The notes under the pieces were generated by a model. It saw only the letters and a program-made list of their open reading frames with translations. It was not told where the DNA came from and did no database searches. A DNA stretch of 64,000 bases from Candidatus Parcubacteria bacterium (GTDB lineage: Bacteria > Patescibacteriota > Minisyncoccia > Phycocordibacterales > UBA2100). The stretch covers positions 2,384 to 66,383 of the forward strand of contig JBEEJY010000019.1 of assembly GCA_041168925.1 (NCBI GenBank), in the 5' to 3' direction. A program made the position numbers and the translations under genes. Shown piece after piece: positions 63,542 to 64,000 of the stretch; position 1 is the first letter of the stretch, and each line of letters starts with the position of its first letter.

Positions 63542-63581
63542 TTGTTCAAAAACACTCACGGTCGTGAATTTTTTTGGATAT
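63542..63581 (+). repeat. 40-bp palindromic dispersed element, copy C
   Basis: ttgttcaaaaacactCACGGTCGTGaatttttttggatat; 33/40 identical to copy B. Confidence 0.85.
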
Positions 63582-63756
63582 TTTTATGATATGCGCAATG
63601 GTGCACGATTTATGCGAATGATATGGGAGACGCGGACGTCAAAGAAGGCAGCCGTTTGAGCCGGGCGATCCTATATTTCGCGGCTTGCAAAACGGCTTAA
63701 TTTTCCGCCGATTTTACTGGATTTTGACGTCAGTATTTGATATAATTTGAAATATT

Positions 63757-64000
63757 ATGGCACGCGGAAAAGGGGAGGAACATGAAGGGAATTTCGCCCC
63801 GGTCCCTGCGTCGAAGGGCATCGTGACGAGGAGTATTTCGGCCGAGATGCGCGAGAGCTATCTCGATTATGCGATGTCGGTCATTACCGCCCGCGCGCTT
63901 CCCGACGTGCGTGATGGGCTAAAACCGGTGCATCGCCGCATTCTCTACGCGATGCAGGAGCTCGGATTGACCGCGAGCGCGAAGACGCGCAAGAGCGCGA
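63757..64000 (+). CDS. gyrA: DNA gyrase subunit A, 5' partial (runs off the window)
   Basis: [37 protein letters not shown]; extended -10 TGaTATAAT upstream. Confidence 0.95.
   Translation, partial: MARGKGEEHEGNFAPVPASKGIVTRSISAEMRESYLDYAMSVITARALPDVRDGLKPVHRRILYAMQELGLTASAKTRKSA

Noticed and set aside
63724-63746. TTGACG/TATAAT pair as the gyrA -35/-10
   Set aside because: The spacing is only 11 bp; only the extended -10 is supportable.

Overview
This is a high-GC bacterial chromosome segment. Its gene content and protein forms fit Patescibacteria/CPR (Parcubacteria-like): short ThrS/ValS, hinge-less SMC, NusB-NUDIX fusion, HisRS-like paralog, divergent bS21, PaaX-like protein and tRNAs without encoded CCA. 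The taxonomic call is inference. Most of the window is housekeeping (thrS, dnaE, rnhB, rpmF, nusB, rnc, smc, rpsP-khpA-trmD, rpoBC, dnaG, rpoD, valS, tsaD/tsaC, pyrFE, partial purH, ftsZ/ftsA, lepB, pth, rpsA, 5' end of gyrA). It also holds three tRNAs, one IS481-like element with terminal inverted repeats and a target duplication, and several single orphan genes. Highlights: (1) an AT-rich PaaX/Cas2-fold gene bracketed by two 36-bp palindromic direct repeats; (2) three dispersed, register-conserved 40-bp palindromic sites with a CACG-GT-CGT core; (3) a candidate Met-rich leader-peptide attenuator; (4) a ~2040-aa exported protein with candidate RlpA-like, GH114-like and M15-peptidase-like modules; (5) apparently leaderless core genes and frequent 16-bp promoter spacers. 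All calls come from reading motifs by eye; no searches were run.
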